A DNA stretch of 64,000 bases from Eledone cirrhosa. Lineage: Eukaryota. The DNA lies in NCBI GenBank assembly GCA_964016885.1, contig OZ024745.1, positions 88,474,001 to 88,538,000 of the forward strand. The letters are read 5' to 3'. Position 1 is the stretch's first letter; every line of letters begins with the position of its first letter. The position numbers and the translations under genes were made by a program. Shown piece by piece: positions 40,773 through 60,859 of the stretch. Below the pieces are notes generated by a model. It saw only the letters and a list, made by a program, of their open reading frames with translations, searched no databases and was not told where the DNA came from.

Positions 40773-43700
40773 CTAGGGCGGGTAAAATTTCCGAGATCCA
40801 TGGACGAGTTCTCTCCAGCGGTCATTGTCCCTCATTATCGCTTCCCTGTCCCGCGTCTCCAACAGACCAGTGCCTGTCCTTACTGCATCAACATACGTTA
40901 ACCTCGGTCTTTCTCTTCCCGTGTATCCATGTAAGGGCTCCCACAGGATGACTCAGAGCAATGTCAACTCTGGATGTCGGTAAGTCAAGCTACATTCAGT
41001 CTCCTCTGTGTCACTTTTGAGCTGACTTTTGGGAGTCTCCCATACAGGTCTGAGTCTTTCATTCTGAGTGTATACTTATTAATGTTCAGAGCCATCCTCA
41101 GCATTCTCGTGTAGCACCCATCCACCATTTGAGTGAGTTTCTTGGTCAGTGTCCAAGTATCAGACCCGTACAGCAGCACAGACTCCACTACAGCAATGAA
41201 GATGCGGATTTTAAGGTCTTTACGAAGGTCCGACTTCTACACCGATCTCAAGCTGTGGCACGCCGCCCAGGCTTTGCTCTTCCTCTCAACCACATCATCT
41301 TCCGTATTCCCAATCTTTGCTCCCAAATACAGAAAGTCCTCAACCAATTCTAGTGGCTTCCCGCCTACACCAGTATTCCCCTCTGGCTTCTCAACATTCT
41401 CTACCATATATTTTGTTTTAGTCTCCTTCATTCTCAGCCCCACACTCATCGACACAGGCTCAACCTCCTCCTGCATCAAATCCTCTGCCTCCTTCACTGT
41501 ATTGTTCACCAAAACTATGTCGTCGCCAAATTCAGCATCCGATATTTTTTTCGCCTTAACTCTCCTGCTCTAAGCCGATGCCACAGTAAAGCCAGAGTCC
41601 TGGTGTTTGTCCAGTGCAAAGCGCATACAATAGTCCACTACGATGATAAAAAGGTAGAGAGCTAATGCATCTCCCTGGATCACTCCAGCCAGTATCACAA
41701 AGAAGTCTGTCATTCCATCAGGTGTAATGACTTGGGCTTTGGTGTTGGTGTAGAGCAGTGATATCAGGTCCACTATCTTCTTGGGAATTCCATAAGCCTG
41801 TAAAATCTTCATCAGGCAGTGATGGTCCACAGAATCAAAGGCCTTCCTAAAGTCAATGAAAACCATGACGACAGGAAGTCACTTAGCTCTAGCTCCCTCT
41901 AATATCCTCCTCAGCATCAGGATGTGACTGGTGGTTGACTTCCTTCTCTGAAGCCGTTCTGGGTGTCCCTGAGTTTCTTCTCCATCTCAGACTGGATCCT
42001 GTTAAGAATCATCCTGTTGAGGGTCTTTGCCACAAGTGACGTCAGTGAGATCCCCATGTAGTTGTTGGTGTTATAGAGATCTCCCTTCTTTGGCACTGGG
42101 ACGATGTTACTGCTCCTCCACTGATTCGAGGCAACTCCTTTCTCCAGTGTCTGGTTACAGAACTCCAGGATGATATCATCAAAATAGACCTCTTCATCAC
42201 CTCTGATGCCACTCCATCTTCTCCATGAGCCTTGCCCTCCTTGATCTTCTTCTTGGCTCTCTGAAGCTCCTCTCTGGTGAAGGGCTCTGTCTCAATATCC
42301 CGTTCTTCAAACAGCCGCCTGATCCCCCCAGTGCTCTGGGCTGTGAAGGGCGTCTCTCCTAGTAGGGTCCTAAAATAGTCTAGCCATTTCCTCTTCCTAT
42401 CCTCGGGCCCTGTTTCCTGAATCTGACTCGAACACCTTCTCTTCCTCCCTTTGATCTCGTTGATGATTAACCATCTCTCCTTACATCCAGACCTGTCAAC
42501 CGCACTCTCTACACTTCTGATCTTCTCTATCAATGTCTGCTCTCTGGCCTCAGTTTAAGCGGTATAGAGTTCTCCCCTCATCACCTTCACAGTCTCCATC
42601 CTCTCCCCCGAAGGATCAGCATAGAATTGGTCCTTGGCAACTGTCAGGTGTTCTCTGGCTGCTCACACTTTTGGGTCTGCAGAGCTGACGTGCTTCCTTT
42701 TGTTCTTTCTTCACGGCACCATGGTCTCACTTGCTCCCGCTACTGCATTGGTGAAGTGCCCGTACCTCCTCGTCATACTCTCCTCAGTCCATCCAATCTC
42801 TCTCTCTTCTGTCTCTCCACACAGAACACTGAACCTGTCCCTCACTTCCACTGTGAACCTCTCCTGTAGCTTATCATCTTCCTTAAAAGCTCCCCAATAA
42901 TAGATTTCTCTCCAGGGATGGGCCTTGTTCACTCATAACAAGCCGGTGGTCTCTAACCAGAGTACTGAAATAGTTGTATGATTCTGTGTTCAGAACACTA
43001 TTCCGCCACTTTTTCCTCACCAGAATGAAATCAAACTGGGACTTGGACAGGTGCATATCTGAGATGTAGGTCCACATTTACCCCGGATTTTTCCTAAACC
43101 TTAGGTTGGTCACTATCCAGTTCGCCTCCAGCAGGGTTCTCTCAGTAGTCTTCTATTTCGGTTCGTGTTGTTATGGAAGTCCTGGCAAGGATCTTCACTG
43201 CCCTCCTTACTCAGATGTGCCTTGAAGTCCCCTAAAACAAGCAGGATGTTGTGTGCGTGTGTGGTTTTGACAGCTCTACACACCTCCACATGTAACTCTT
43301 CTGCACTCACATAACTGTCTCCCTCAGTTGGACTATAGGCTGAGATGACTGTCAGTCATGGGTTTCCATTGAAGGTCACCCTCAACACTTGCAGGGAGAC
43401 AGGTATTATTTCCCTCACCAATAGACTGTTTTTTGTGCTGAAAACAAAACCCACTCCTCCCACTGCAGCATTAATCATGTTCCTCACGGCCGATGTGGTG
43501 ATGAGCTGGCTCATCTTCCCAATCATCTCACTCCTCACGGGCTCCTCGTGTAGGATCCTGTGTTCTTGGATCGCAAGTATCTGTATACCACTCTCCTCCA
43601 ACCGATGTTCCAACTCCTCTCTCTTCTCCAGCGTCCGAATAGTCCTCACATTCAAAGTGCCATTTTGATGGCTCTTCTGCGGGACAAAACTGCATTCTTT

Positions 43701-44050
43701 ATAATTGTCTCAGAGACAGCTGATCCATCATCCACTAGCCCTCCCCGTGGCTCTAAGCCAGCAGAGTCATAACGACCAGACTGATGCTTGACAGTGAAAT
43801 TAGGAGCTCTAACCCTAGTGTTGTTAGATAGACTCTCCATATTTCTTTTCAATGACACACAATACCTTACCGGCGCCACTCGAATAAATAACTATCTAAC
43901 CCATAAATGGGGCCCTAACAGGTACTACTACTCCGGGTCAGAGCATGCCTGGGAGTTATTACAACTAAGGGGTAACTCCACATTCCCCACAGCTCCTGAA
44001 CTCCCGAACTGGAGCCTTGCCACTGGATGTAGTTTAATGTCATACCAAGG
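40773..44050 (-). mobile_element. RTE-clade LINE, near full length, decayed
   Basis: APE (NVRT..IQEHR, LGDF, FDFILV), RT (FIDFRKAFDSV, GVIQGD, FGDD), C-terminal ESVLLYGSDTWTLT; many frameshifts. Confidence 0.88.
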
Positions 44051-44112
44051 ACACATATATATATATATGCTCTGACCGGAGTAGTAGTACCTGTTAGGGC
44101 CCCATTTATGGG

Positions 44113-44179
<67 letters not shown>

Positions 44180-44324
44180 GTGATACTATTTATAGTATAT
44201 ACTATACTACACTATAAACAACTATAAACAGGGAAGGTCAGTAATTTATTACTACCTTATTACCAGTAAGATAAATAGCTCAATGTAAGAACATCAGTTG
44301 TTTTACAGAGCAGTAATATTGAAT

Positions 44325-44742
44325 ACACAAGAATCAAAGTTGTGTTTAAAACATTTAATCGCTGACAATTGTTTCTTCCAAACTTATGGTTGGGATCTTC
44401 GGAGCATTATTAATGTTTGTATACACAATTAACCACCTATTCAACTAAATAATCGTACAGATACATATATATTGACAGTTCCATGTTTATACTATAATTG
44501 TACAATAATTCAAATTAAGATTAAAATTAAAATTAAATTTAAAATTAAAATTAAAAGCATAGGGTGGAATACATGCGACAGATAATACAAGAGAACAGTC
44601 TAATAATTAAATTAAACTCCTATTCAGTTGAATAGGAGGTTAATTGTGTGTACAAAAATTAATAATGCTCCGAAGATTCCAAGCCTAGAAACAATTGTCA
44701 GCGATTAAATGTTTTAAACACATCTTTGTTTCTTGTGTATTC
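44325..44742. mobile_element. Inverted-repeat element with hammerheads at 44360-44407 (-) and 44666-44703 (+)
   Basis: tgct-CCGAAGA-stem II-GAAA-caattg-TC-agcg in both arms; within a TA-bounded block. Confidence 0.7.
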
Positions 44743-44902
44743 TATATATATATATATATATGACAAGTAAGTATGTTTTGAAACAGCGAGCAAGTTTGAA
44801 ATTAGAAAATAGAAGCTTTCACCGTATTTTTTTACTAAAGAAATGTTAGCCTGATAGTGGGGTTTAGAACCCTCAGAGAAATGGAAAAAGGTGAGTATTA
44901 AC

Positions 44903-44973
<71 letters not shown>

Positions 44974-45992
44974 GGGGGGGGGTATGTGTGTGTATATATT
45001 TATATAGGCAGACAAACTATATACACACACATACACGCAGATAGGTGTATATGTATACACACACACATATTTGTATGCATATATACCGACACAAACGGGG
45101 ACGCCAATATGGGTAAGGATATTCTCACAGATCCACGCGCAGCAGAACAGGGCAGAAATGTATACATATAAATATCCAATTCATTATATACATATATATA
45201 TATATATATGTATGTATAGACATATATATATATATATATGTATAGACACACACACATATATATATATATACACACATATACATATGTATATATATATGTC
45301 CACACACACATGAGCCCACATACAACCGTATACAAGTACACGTACATGGATATACACAAGCACCCGCATATACATACGTACACATTCATCCATGCATATA
45401 CGTACACACACATACGTGTACAAACACGTGTACGCACGCATACATATGTATAGTTATAGACATACGTAAAACAAACTATATAAAGGAACTAAGTGAGGAA
45501 AAACACGCAATTATAAAAATGCCATATAAAAATAAAAACGTATATATACATAAAACATCGTGGGTATCTAAGGAAATGAAGGAGGGTACAACTAAAATAA
45601 TATAATATAAAATGAACAGATGGGTGAGAAAAAAGTGCATGAATTAATATTTGTGGTGGAAAGTAAATGTTTATAAATAGATCTGGATAAAGGTATGTGT
45701 TTATATGATGAACTGGGAAGATGTGGTGTTCGTAAAGTGATGATATTGGTAGTGAGCGGAAGGATTAATATTTAAAAAGTAAGCTCAGGGTGGTTGAGTG
45801 ATGGTTGGTGTATTAATCCAGCTAATAGGAGATGCGATTTCAGGTGCGGTCAACTTCTGAAGAACTCAGTTTTAGAGTTGAGGTTTTCAGATTTTGAAGA
45901 ATTCTAAATTTATTCTTTATACACAAAGAACATTTCTTTGAGCCTCTCTGATATTCGTTTGAGTAGTCTAAAATTGAACAATCAATATATAC

Positions 45993-52281
<6,289 letters not shown>

Positions 52282-52292
52282 ATTTATATATA

Positions 52293-53009
52293 CGTCATTC
52301 CGGGTTGAATCGGAGGTAACCACAGTAAGTAAGGTACTCAATACATAGCAGAGTCTAAAAGTTTTAATATAGATGAGATTCTACAGGACTAGAACTGTTT
52401 CATTCATTAGAAATCATCAGGAATCTGGGTATCAAAAAATAAAAATGGTATTTATAGGTCTCTACAAGTGGTAGGAGAGGGGGGAGTGGGATGGGTGTAG
52501 GTCATTGGTTGATAGAAAAGGGAATTCATTAAAAGCTAATTCTACAAAGCTATAGTTTATTTTTATTTATTTATGTTTTTAGAGTAACAAGGGCAGACAG
52601 AATTCTATAAACAGTTTCCGGATGGCATACCATTCCTTGTCATTAAGTTTCTCTTAAGCAAACAGATGTCTATAAGATCAGTGGGGGGTCAGTCATGGTC
52701 GATAGAATTAAAGAAAAGGGAGATTCTTTAAAAGCTAAAATCATTAAGGTTCTACTAAGTGACAAAGGTCTAGAGAATTCTGTAGACAGATTCAAAATAC
52801 TGAGTGCATATCTTACAATTATCTTCGAACTTCTCTTAAACTAATCAACTATATGCCAAAAATCAACAGAAACATTCACAAAAAAACATACTCACTCACA
52901 CACTCACGCGCAACCATAAACACACAAACAAACACATATACACACATAAAAACACACACACATATATATAAATATATTCATATACATACATATACATACA
53001 CACATACAT

Positions 53010-53089
<80 letters not shown>

Positions 53090-53277
53090 GCACACGCATA
53101 TATATACATACACACACACATACATATATATACACTCACACACACATATATACACATATAAATACACTCACACACATACGTACAAACACAAATAAACATG
53201 TGTATACAAATACACGCAAATACATATAGATATATATACATATATATACACAGATATATACATATATATACACATAT

Positions 53278-53360
<83 letters not shown>

Positions 53361-53509
53361 CACATATATATATACATACACACACATATATATATATATA
53401 TAAAAAAACACATACACACACATATATACATATACACACACATACACACAAACACACACACACATATATATACACATATACATATATATATATATTCATA
53501 TATATATAC

Positions 53510-53570
<61 letters not shown>

Positions 53571-53615
53571 AACAAATATATACACATACAAACACACACA
53601 CACACATACATACAC

Positions 53616-53682
<67 letters not shown>

Positions 53683-53709
53683 TATACACATATATAAGGA
53701 AAAAGCACC

Positions 53710-53798
<89 letters not shown>

Positions 53799-53896
53799 GA
53801 GAGAGAGATACACCATTCATACATATATTCATATATATATACACATACACACATATATACACGTATACACATATATATACACACACATATATACAC

Positions 53897-53953
<57 letters not shown>

Positions 53954-54020
53954 TATACATACACATATACACACACACATACACATACATACATATATAC
54001 ACAAATACATACACACATAT

Positions 54021-54053
<33 letters not shown>

Positions 54054-54269
54054 CATATATACACATACATACATATATATATATACATAAATATATATAT
54101 ATATATAAAAATATACACATATATACATACATATACACACACATACACACACACATACATACATATATATATATATATATACATACATATACACACACAT
54201 ATATATACACGCACACACATATACACATATATATATACACACACACACACACACATACACGTGCATATG

Positions 54270-54320
<51 letters not shown>

Positions 54321-54407
54321 ATATATATACAAATATACACACACATACACAGACCTATACATAAGTATACACATATATATATACAGACATATAACGCATA
54401 TATACAC

Positions 54408-54440
<33 letters not shown>

Positions 54441-54517
54441 CGCATACACACATACACACACACACACACAAATATATATACACACTCTCTCTCACGCACA
54501 TATATATATATATACAC

Positions 54518-54540
<23 letters not shown>
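52293..54540 (-). mobile_element. Inverted 3' UTR and terminus of the young Naiad family; hammerhead at 52376-52426
   Basis: Unique 560-bp end matches 54577-55157 and 59960-60470; microsatellite landmarks match 58430-59940 and 63160-63760 in reverse. Confidence 0.8.
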
Positions 54541-54576
<36 letters not shown>

Positions 54577-54577
<1 letters not shown>

Positions 54578-55157
54578 GTTATTCCGGGTTGAATCGGAGG
54601 TAACCACAGTAAGTAAGGTACTCAATACATAGCAGAGTATAACAGTTTTAATACAGATGAGATTCTACAGGACTAGAACTGTTTCATTCATTAGAAATCA
54701 TCAGGAATCTGGGTATCAAAAAATAAATATGGTATTTATAGGTCTCTACAAGTGGTAGGAGAGGGTGGGGAGTGGGATGGGTGCAGGTCATTGGTTGATA
54801 GAAAAGGGAATTCATTAAAAGCTAATTCTACAAAGCTATAGTTTATTTTTATTTTTATTTATATTTATTTATGTTTTTAGAGTAACGAAGGCAGAGAGAA
54901 TTCTATAAACAGGTTCCGGATGGCATACCATTCCTTGTCAATAAGTTTCTCTTAAGCTAACAGATGTCTATAAAGTCAGTGGGGGGGGGGGGGGTCAGTC
55001 ATGGTCGATAGAATTAAAGAAAAGGGAGATTCTTTAAAAGCTAAAGTCATTAAGGTTCTACTAAGTGACAAAGGTCTAGAGAATTCTGCAGACAGATTCA
55101 AAATACTGAGTGCATATCTTACTATTATCTTCGAACTTCTCTTAAACTAATCAACTG
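54577..55157 (-). mobile_element. Inverted pLTR directly 5' of the Naiad ORF; hammerhead at 54660-54710
   Basis: agattc-CTGATGA-t ttc taat gaa t-GAAA-cag ttctagtc ctg-TA-gaatct on minus strand. Confidence 0.85.
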
Positions 55158-57131
55158 GCAAAAAATACCATCACGACCACCTACAAAAAGGTAATAGAGA
55201 GGGCGCTGACTGAGACAAACGCGGCCGGAAAAGAAATCGCCAAGTCCCCTAAATTACATGACCGAACCGAACCTTTAAGGGTAAAGACCCCGCACTCTAC
55301 CCTGAAGGACCATAAGGGAAATTTCCTCAACAAACCATCAGTCAGACTTATCAACCCCACTCTTTCTGACATCGGCTCTATCAGTAAGAAGATCCTGGAT
55401 AGAGTTCTACCATCATTGCGGGCAGCCTCACCACTTCCACTCTGGAGTAGAACATCTGAGGCAATATCATGGTTCCAAGAATTACCCGATAAACACCACA
55501 CTCGCTTCCTGCAACTCGACATAGAAAACTACTATGCCTCTATCTCGGAGCCCCTCCTGAAGGACGCAATTAACTTTGCCAGGAATTTTACCACCATTAC
55601 CGATGCTGAGCAAGTTATTATCCTCCACGCTCGTAAGACCTTTCTATACCACGATGGATCTTACTGGATCAACAAGAAATCTCAGACCCCATTTGACGAT
55701 GGGGGCGAGCGACTCGGCTGAAATTAGCGACCTTGTGGGCCTGTACATCCTACATAACCTGAAGAACCTCTTTACCGGCCTAACTGGAGGTTTATACCGA
55801 GACGACGGCCTCTTCGCCCTGCATAAGGTTAGCCCCAGAACCACCGATGGGTTTCGGAAAAACTTAAGCTCTTTCTTCTCTAATCTAGGATTTAGTATAA
55901 CTATAGATTCTAATTTGACTAGGGCCAACTTCTTAGATGTCACTCTCGACCTAGATACTTTCCTCTATTACCCGTACCACAAACCTAACGAGTCCCTTAA
56001 ATATATTAATGTTAATTCAAACCACCCCCAAAACATCACTGATAACCTAGTAAAAAGCGTCTCTATTAGAATATCTGGCCTCTCCGCCAACAAAGATATT
56101 TTTAATGCATCTGCCTCCTACTACAATGACGCCCTAGCCCGTAGCGGATTTAAAGATAAGATAACTTACCTAGAAACCACCGCAAAATTGCAGAGGAGGA
56201 ATAGACATAGGCAGATTGGCTGGTACAACCCTCCCTTCAATAGAGAGGTATCTACTCCGATAGCTAGGATTTTCTTCACTTTACTGAAATTACACTTCCC
56301 CATACAACATAGGTACTACACCATCTTTAATAAGAACACTATAAGACTGTCTTACTCCACCACACCTAACCTAGCTAGGAATATAGCCAACCACAACTCT
56401 AAACTAAATAAGCCAACCACCTCCGAAACCAATCCCCGGACTGGGGCTCTATGTAATTGCCTAAATAAGGAAGCATGCCCACTAGAAAACAAATGCCTCA
56501 CAAATGACATCGTATACAAATGCGATGTCATCTCAGGCACCGAGGATTGCAAAAAAACTTACATCGGCATGACCTCCAACAACTTTAAGACTCGTTGTTA
56601 TGCCCATACCCACTCCTTCAGAAGACCGGATAAATCAAATCAGACAACACTCGCCTCCTACGTTTGGGACCTCAAAAGGAACTCCACCCCCTTCACGCTT
56701 AATTGGAAAATACTCCAGAAAGCGCGCTCTTACAACGGAGGACACAAGGGCTGCGACCTTTGTATTTCAGAGAGCTACGAAATTTTATTCGCCAAGGGCC
56801 CGCTACTGAACAAACTCTCTGAACACTGCCCGAACTGCATGCACAAGAACTTTGCAACATTCAAACACTTTAAGCCAGTGTTAAAGCCCGATGGCTAAAA
56901 ACGACCTCCCCCTATTGGCCCCTATACCTCCTCCCCACCCTACCCCCACCCTCCTCAACCTGAAACACGGCCACTATGGTTATGTGAGTACCTCTTTCGT
57001 ATCTACATTTTCTGCCTGTAGAGGTGTCTTTATGTGCCTGCGTATATGCGTATATTTATTGAGTACCTATTTACTTGTAAGTGTATATATTTGTTTGTAT
57101 ATGTGTATATGTGTATGTGTGTGTGTGTATA

Positions 57132-57188
<57 letters not shown>

Positions 57189-57290
57189 ATATATATGTAT
57201 ATATATATGTTTGTGTGTATATGTGTTTTATGTGTGTATATTTATGTATGTATATGTATATGTTTGTGTATATGTATGCATATATGTATA

Positions 57291-57369
<79 letters not shown>

Positions 57370-57492
57370 GTGTATGTATGTGCATGTATGTATGTATGTG
57401 TATGTATGTATGTATGTTTATGTATATGTATGTGTATGTGTGTATGTATGTGTGTGTATATGTATATATATGTGTATATGTATGTGTGTGTG

Positions 57493-57541
<49 letters not shown>

Positions 57542-57600
57542 ATATATATATATATGTGTGTATATATGTATATGTATGTATGTGTGTATATGTATGTGTG

Positions 57601-57743
<143 letters not shown>

Positions 57744-57821
57744 GTGCGTGTGTGTGTGTGTATATATATATATGTATATATATATGTGTGTATATATATA
57801 TGTATATGGTTGTGTGAGCAG

Positions 57822-57869
<48 letters not shown>

Positions 57870-57927
57870 ATTTGTATGTATATATGTATATATGTGTGTA
57901 TGTGTGTGTGTGTATATATATGTATAT

Positions 57928-57985
<58 letters not shown>

Positions 57986-58050
57986 ATATATATATATATG
58001 TATATGTATGTATGTGTATGTGTGTGTGTATGTGTGTGTATATATGTATG

Positions 58051-58114
<64 letters not shown>

Positions 58115-58119
58115 TATAT

Positions 58120-58175
<56 letters not shown>

Positions 58176-58292
58176 ATATATGTGTGTATATATATGTGTA
58201 TTTGTATGTGTCTGTGTATGTGTATGTGTGTATGTATGTATATATATGTGTGTATGTGTGTGTATGTGTGTGTATATGTGTATGTATGTGTA

Positions 58293-58339
<47 letters not shown>

Positions 58340-58517
58340 GTATATGTATGTGTATATATGTGTGTATATATATATATAAATATATATATATGTGTATGTG
58401 TATATATATATATATATATATATGTGCGTGAGAGAGAGAGTGTGTATATATATTTTGTGTGTGGGTGTGTGTATGTGTGTATGCGCATGTGTGTGTATAT
58501 ATATATATGTGTATGTG

Positions 58518-58578
<61 letters not shown>

Positions 58579-58718
58579 ATACATATATATATATGTATAT
58601 GAATATGTGTGTGTATATACGCGTTATATGTCTGTATATATATTTGTATATTTATGTATAGGTCTGTGTATGTATGTGTATGTTTGTATATGTATGGATA
58701 TATGTGTGTGTATATGTA

Positions 58719-58747
<29 letters not shown>

Positions 58748-58750
<3 letters not shown>

Positions 58751-59075
58751 AAATATTAAACAAATAATGAATAAAACAATGAAACAGTTCCTTATATTAA
58801 ACAAAAAAAGTTCATTATTTAACGATCGTTTCTAGGATATATATGTGTTAGAATTGGCATGCATATTCAACAGATCTATGTACAAATGTGTTGGTATGTA
58901 TATTTAATCTTGATAGTTTGTATAATTTTGTATAATTTTGTACATAGATCTGTTGAATATGCATGCCAATTCTAACACATATATATCCTAGAAACGATCG
59001 TTAAATAATGAACTTTTTTTGTTTAATATAAGGAACTGTTTCATTGTTTTATTCATTATTTGTTTAATATTTTAT
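58748..59075. repeat. Perfect 139-bp inverted repeat with degenerate hammerhead-like motif
   Basis: Arms 58748-58886 and 58937-59075; CTGTTGA...GAAACGATCGTT. Confidence 0.85.
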
Positions 59076-59233
59076 CTTGACTCTGTATACCGTTTATCTT
59101 TCACCGAAAGTGATTTTTCATTACATCTCTTCTTTCCATGATATCCGGAATACATTGAGTTCTTCATACGGATTGGACACTACCGTAAACTCTTGGTAGA
59201 TTTATCTACATATATATATATATATATATATAT

Positions 59234-59358
59234 ATAGGAACCAGTAAGACCCCGACAGCTGAGCTCAAGCCGTTTCGACGGCTAATTCTGGACGCAATGT
59301 CCAGAATTAGCCGTCGAAACGGCTTGAGCTCAGCTGTCGGGGTCTTACTGGTTCCTAT
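59234..59358. repeat. Perfect 60-bp-arm palindrome containing the 3' half of a hammerhead
   Basis: Arms 59234-59293 and 59299-59358 with a 5-nt loop; GAAA-cggct tgagctc agctg-TC. Confidence 0.85.
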
Positions 59359-59434
59359 TACCCACTCTACTACCTCAAGTATTGAGTACTTTGGTGCGTT
59401 ATGGTCCACCTGGTTCCTTACCATATTTCCTTCG

Positions 59435-59520
<86 letters not shown>

Positions 59521-59629
59521 ATAGATATTTATACATATGTATACTCGTGTTTGTATGTATGCGTGTGAGTGTATTTATTTGTGTATATATGTGTGTGTGT
59601 GTGTATGTATGTGTATGTGTGTGTGTATC

Positions 59630-59668
<39 letters not shown>

Positions 59669-59691
59669 GTGTGTGTGTGTGTGTATGTGTG

Positions 59692-59724
<33 letters not shown>

Positions 59725-60467
59725 ATATGTATATGTATTGTATATGTATGTATGTATGTATGTGTGTATGTATGTGTGTGTACATGAATATATTTTTATA
59801 TTTATATATATTTATATATTTTTCTATATGTGTGTGTGTTTTTATGTGTGTATATGTGTTTGTGTGTGTGTTTATGGTTGCGCGTAAGTGTGTGAGTGAG
59901 TATGTGTTTTTTTGTTTTTTTGTTTTCTTGTTTTTTTGTGAATGTGTCTGTTGATTTTTGGCATATAGTTGATTAGTTTAAGAGAAGTTCGAAGATAATA
60001 GTAAGATATGCACTCAGTATTTTGAATCTGTCTGCAGAATTCTCTAGACCTTTGTCACTTAGTAGAACCTTAATGACTTTAGCTTTTAAAGAATCTCCCT
60101 TTTCTTTAATTCTATCGACCATGACTGACCCCCCACTGACTTTATAGACATCTGTTAGCTTAAGAGAAACTTATTGACAAGGAATGGTATGCCATCCGGA
60201 ACCTGTTTATAGAATTCTCTCTGCCTTTGTTACTCTAAAAACATAAATAAATATAAATAAAAATAAAAATAAACTATAGCTTTGTAGAATTAGCTTTTAA
60301 TGAATTCCCTTTTCTATCAACCAATGACCTGCACCCATCCCACTCCCCACCCTCTCCTACCACTTGTAGAGACCTGTAAATACCATATTTATTTTTAGAT
60401 ACCCAGATTCCTGATGATTTCTAATGAATGAAACAGTTCTAGTCCTGTAGAATCTCATCTATATTAA

Positions 60468-60567
<100 letters not shown>

Positions 60568-60615
60568 CATACATATACACACACATATATATATATACGC
60601 ACCTGCCCACACAAC

Positions 60616-60651
<36 letters not shown>

Positions 60652-60660
60652 TACACACAT

Positions 60661-60732
<72 letters not shown>

Positions 60733-60859
60733 ATATACATATACATATATATATAAACATACATATATACATACACATACATACATACATACATACACAT
60801 ACACATATATACACATATATATATATATACATATATATATACACATATATATACACATA

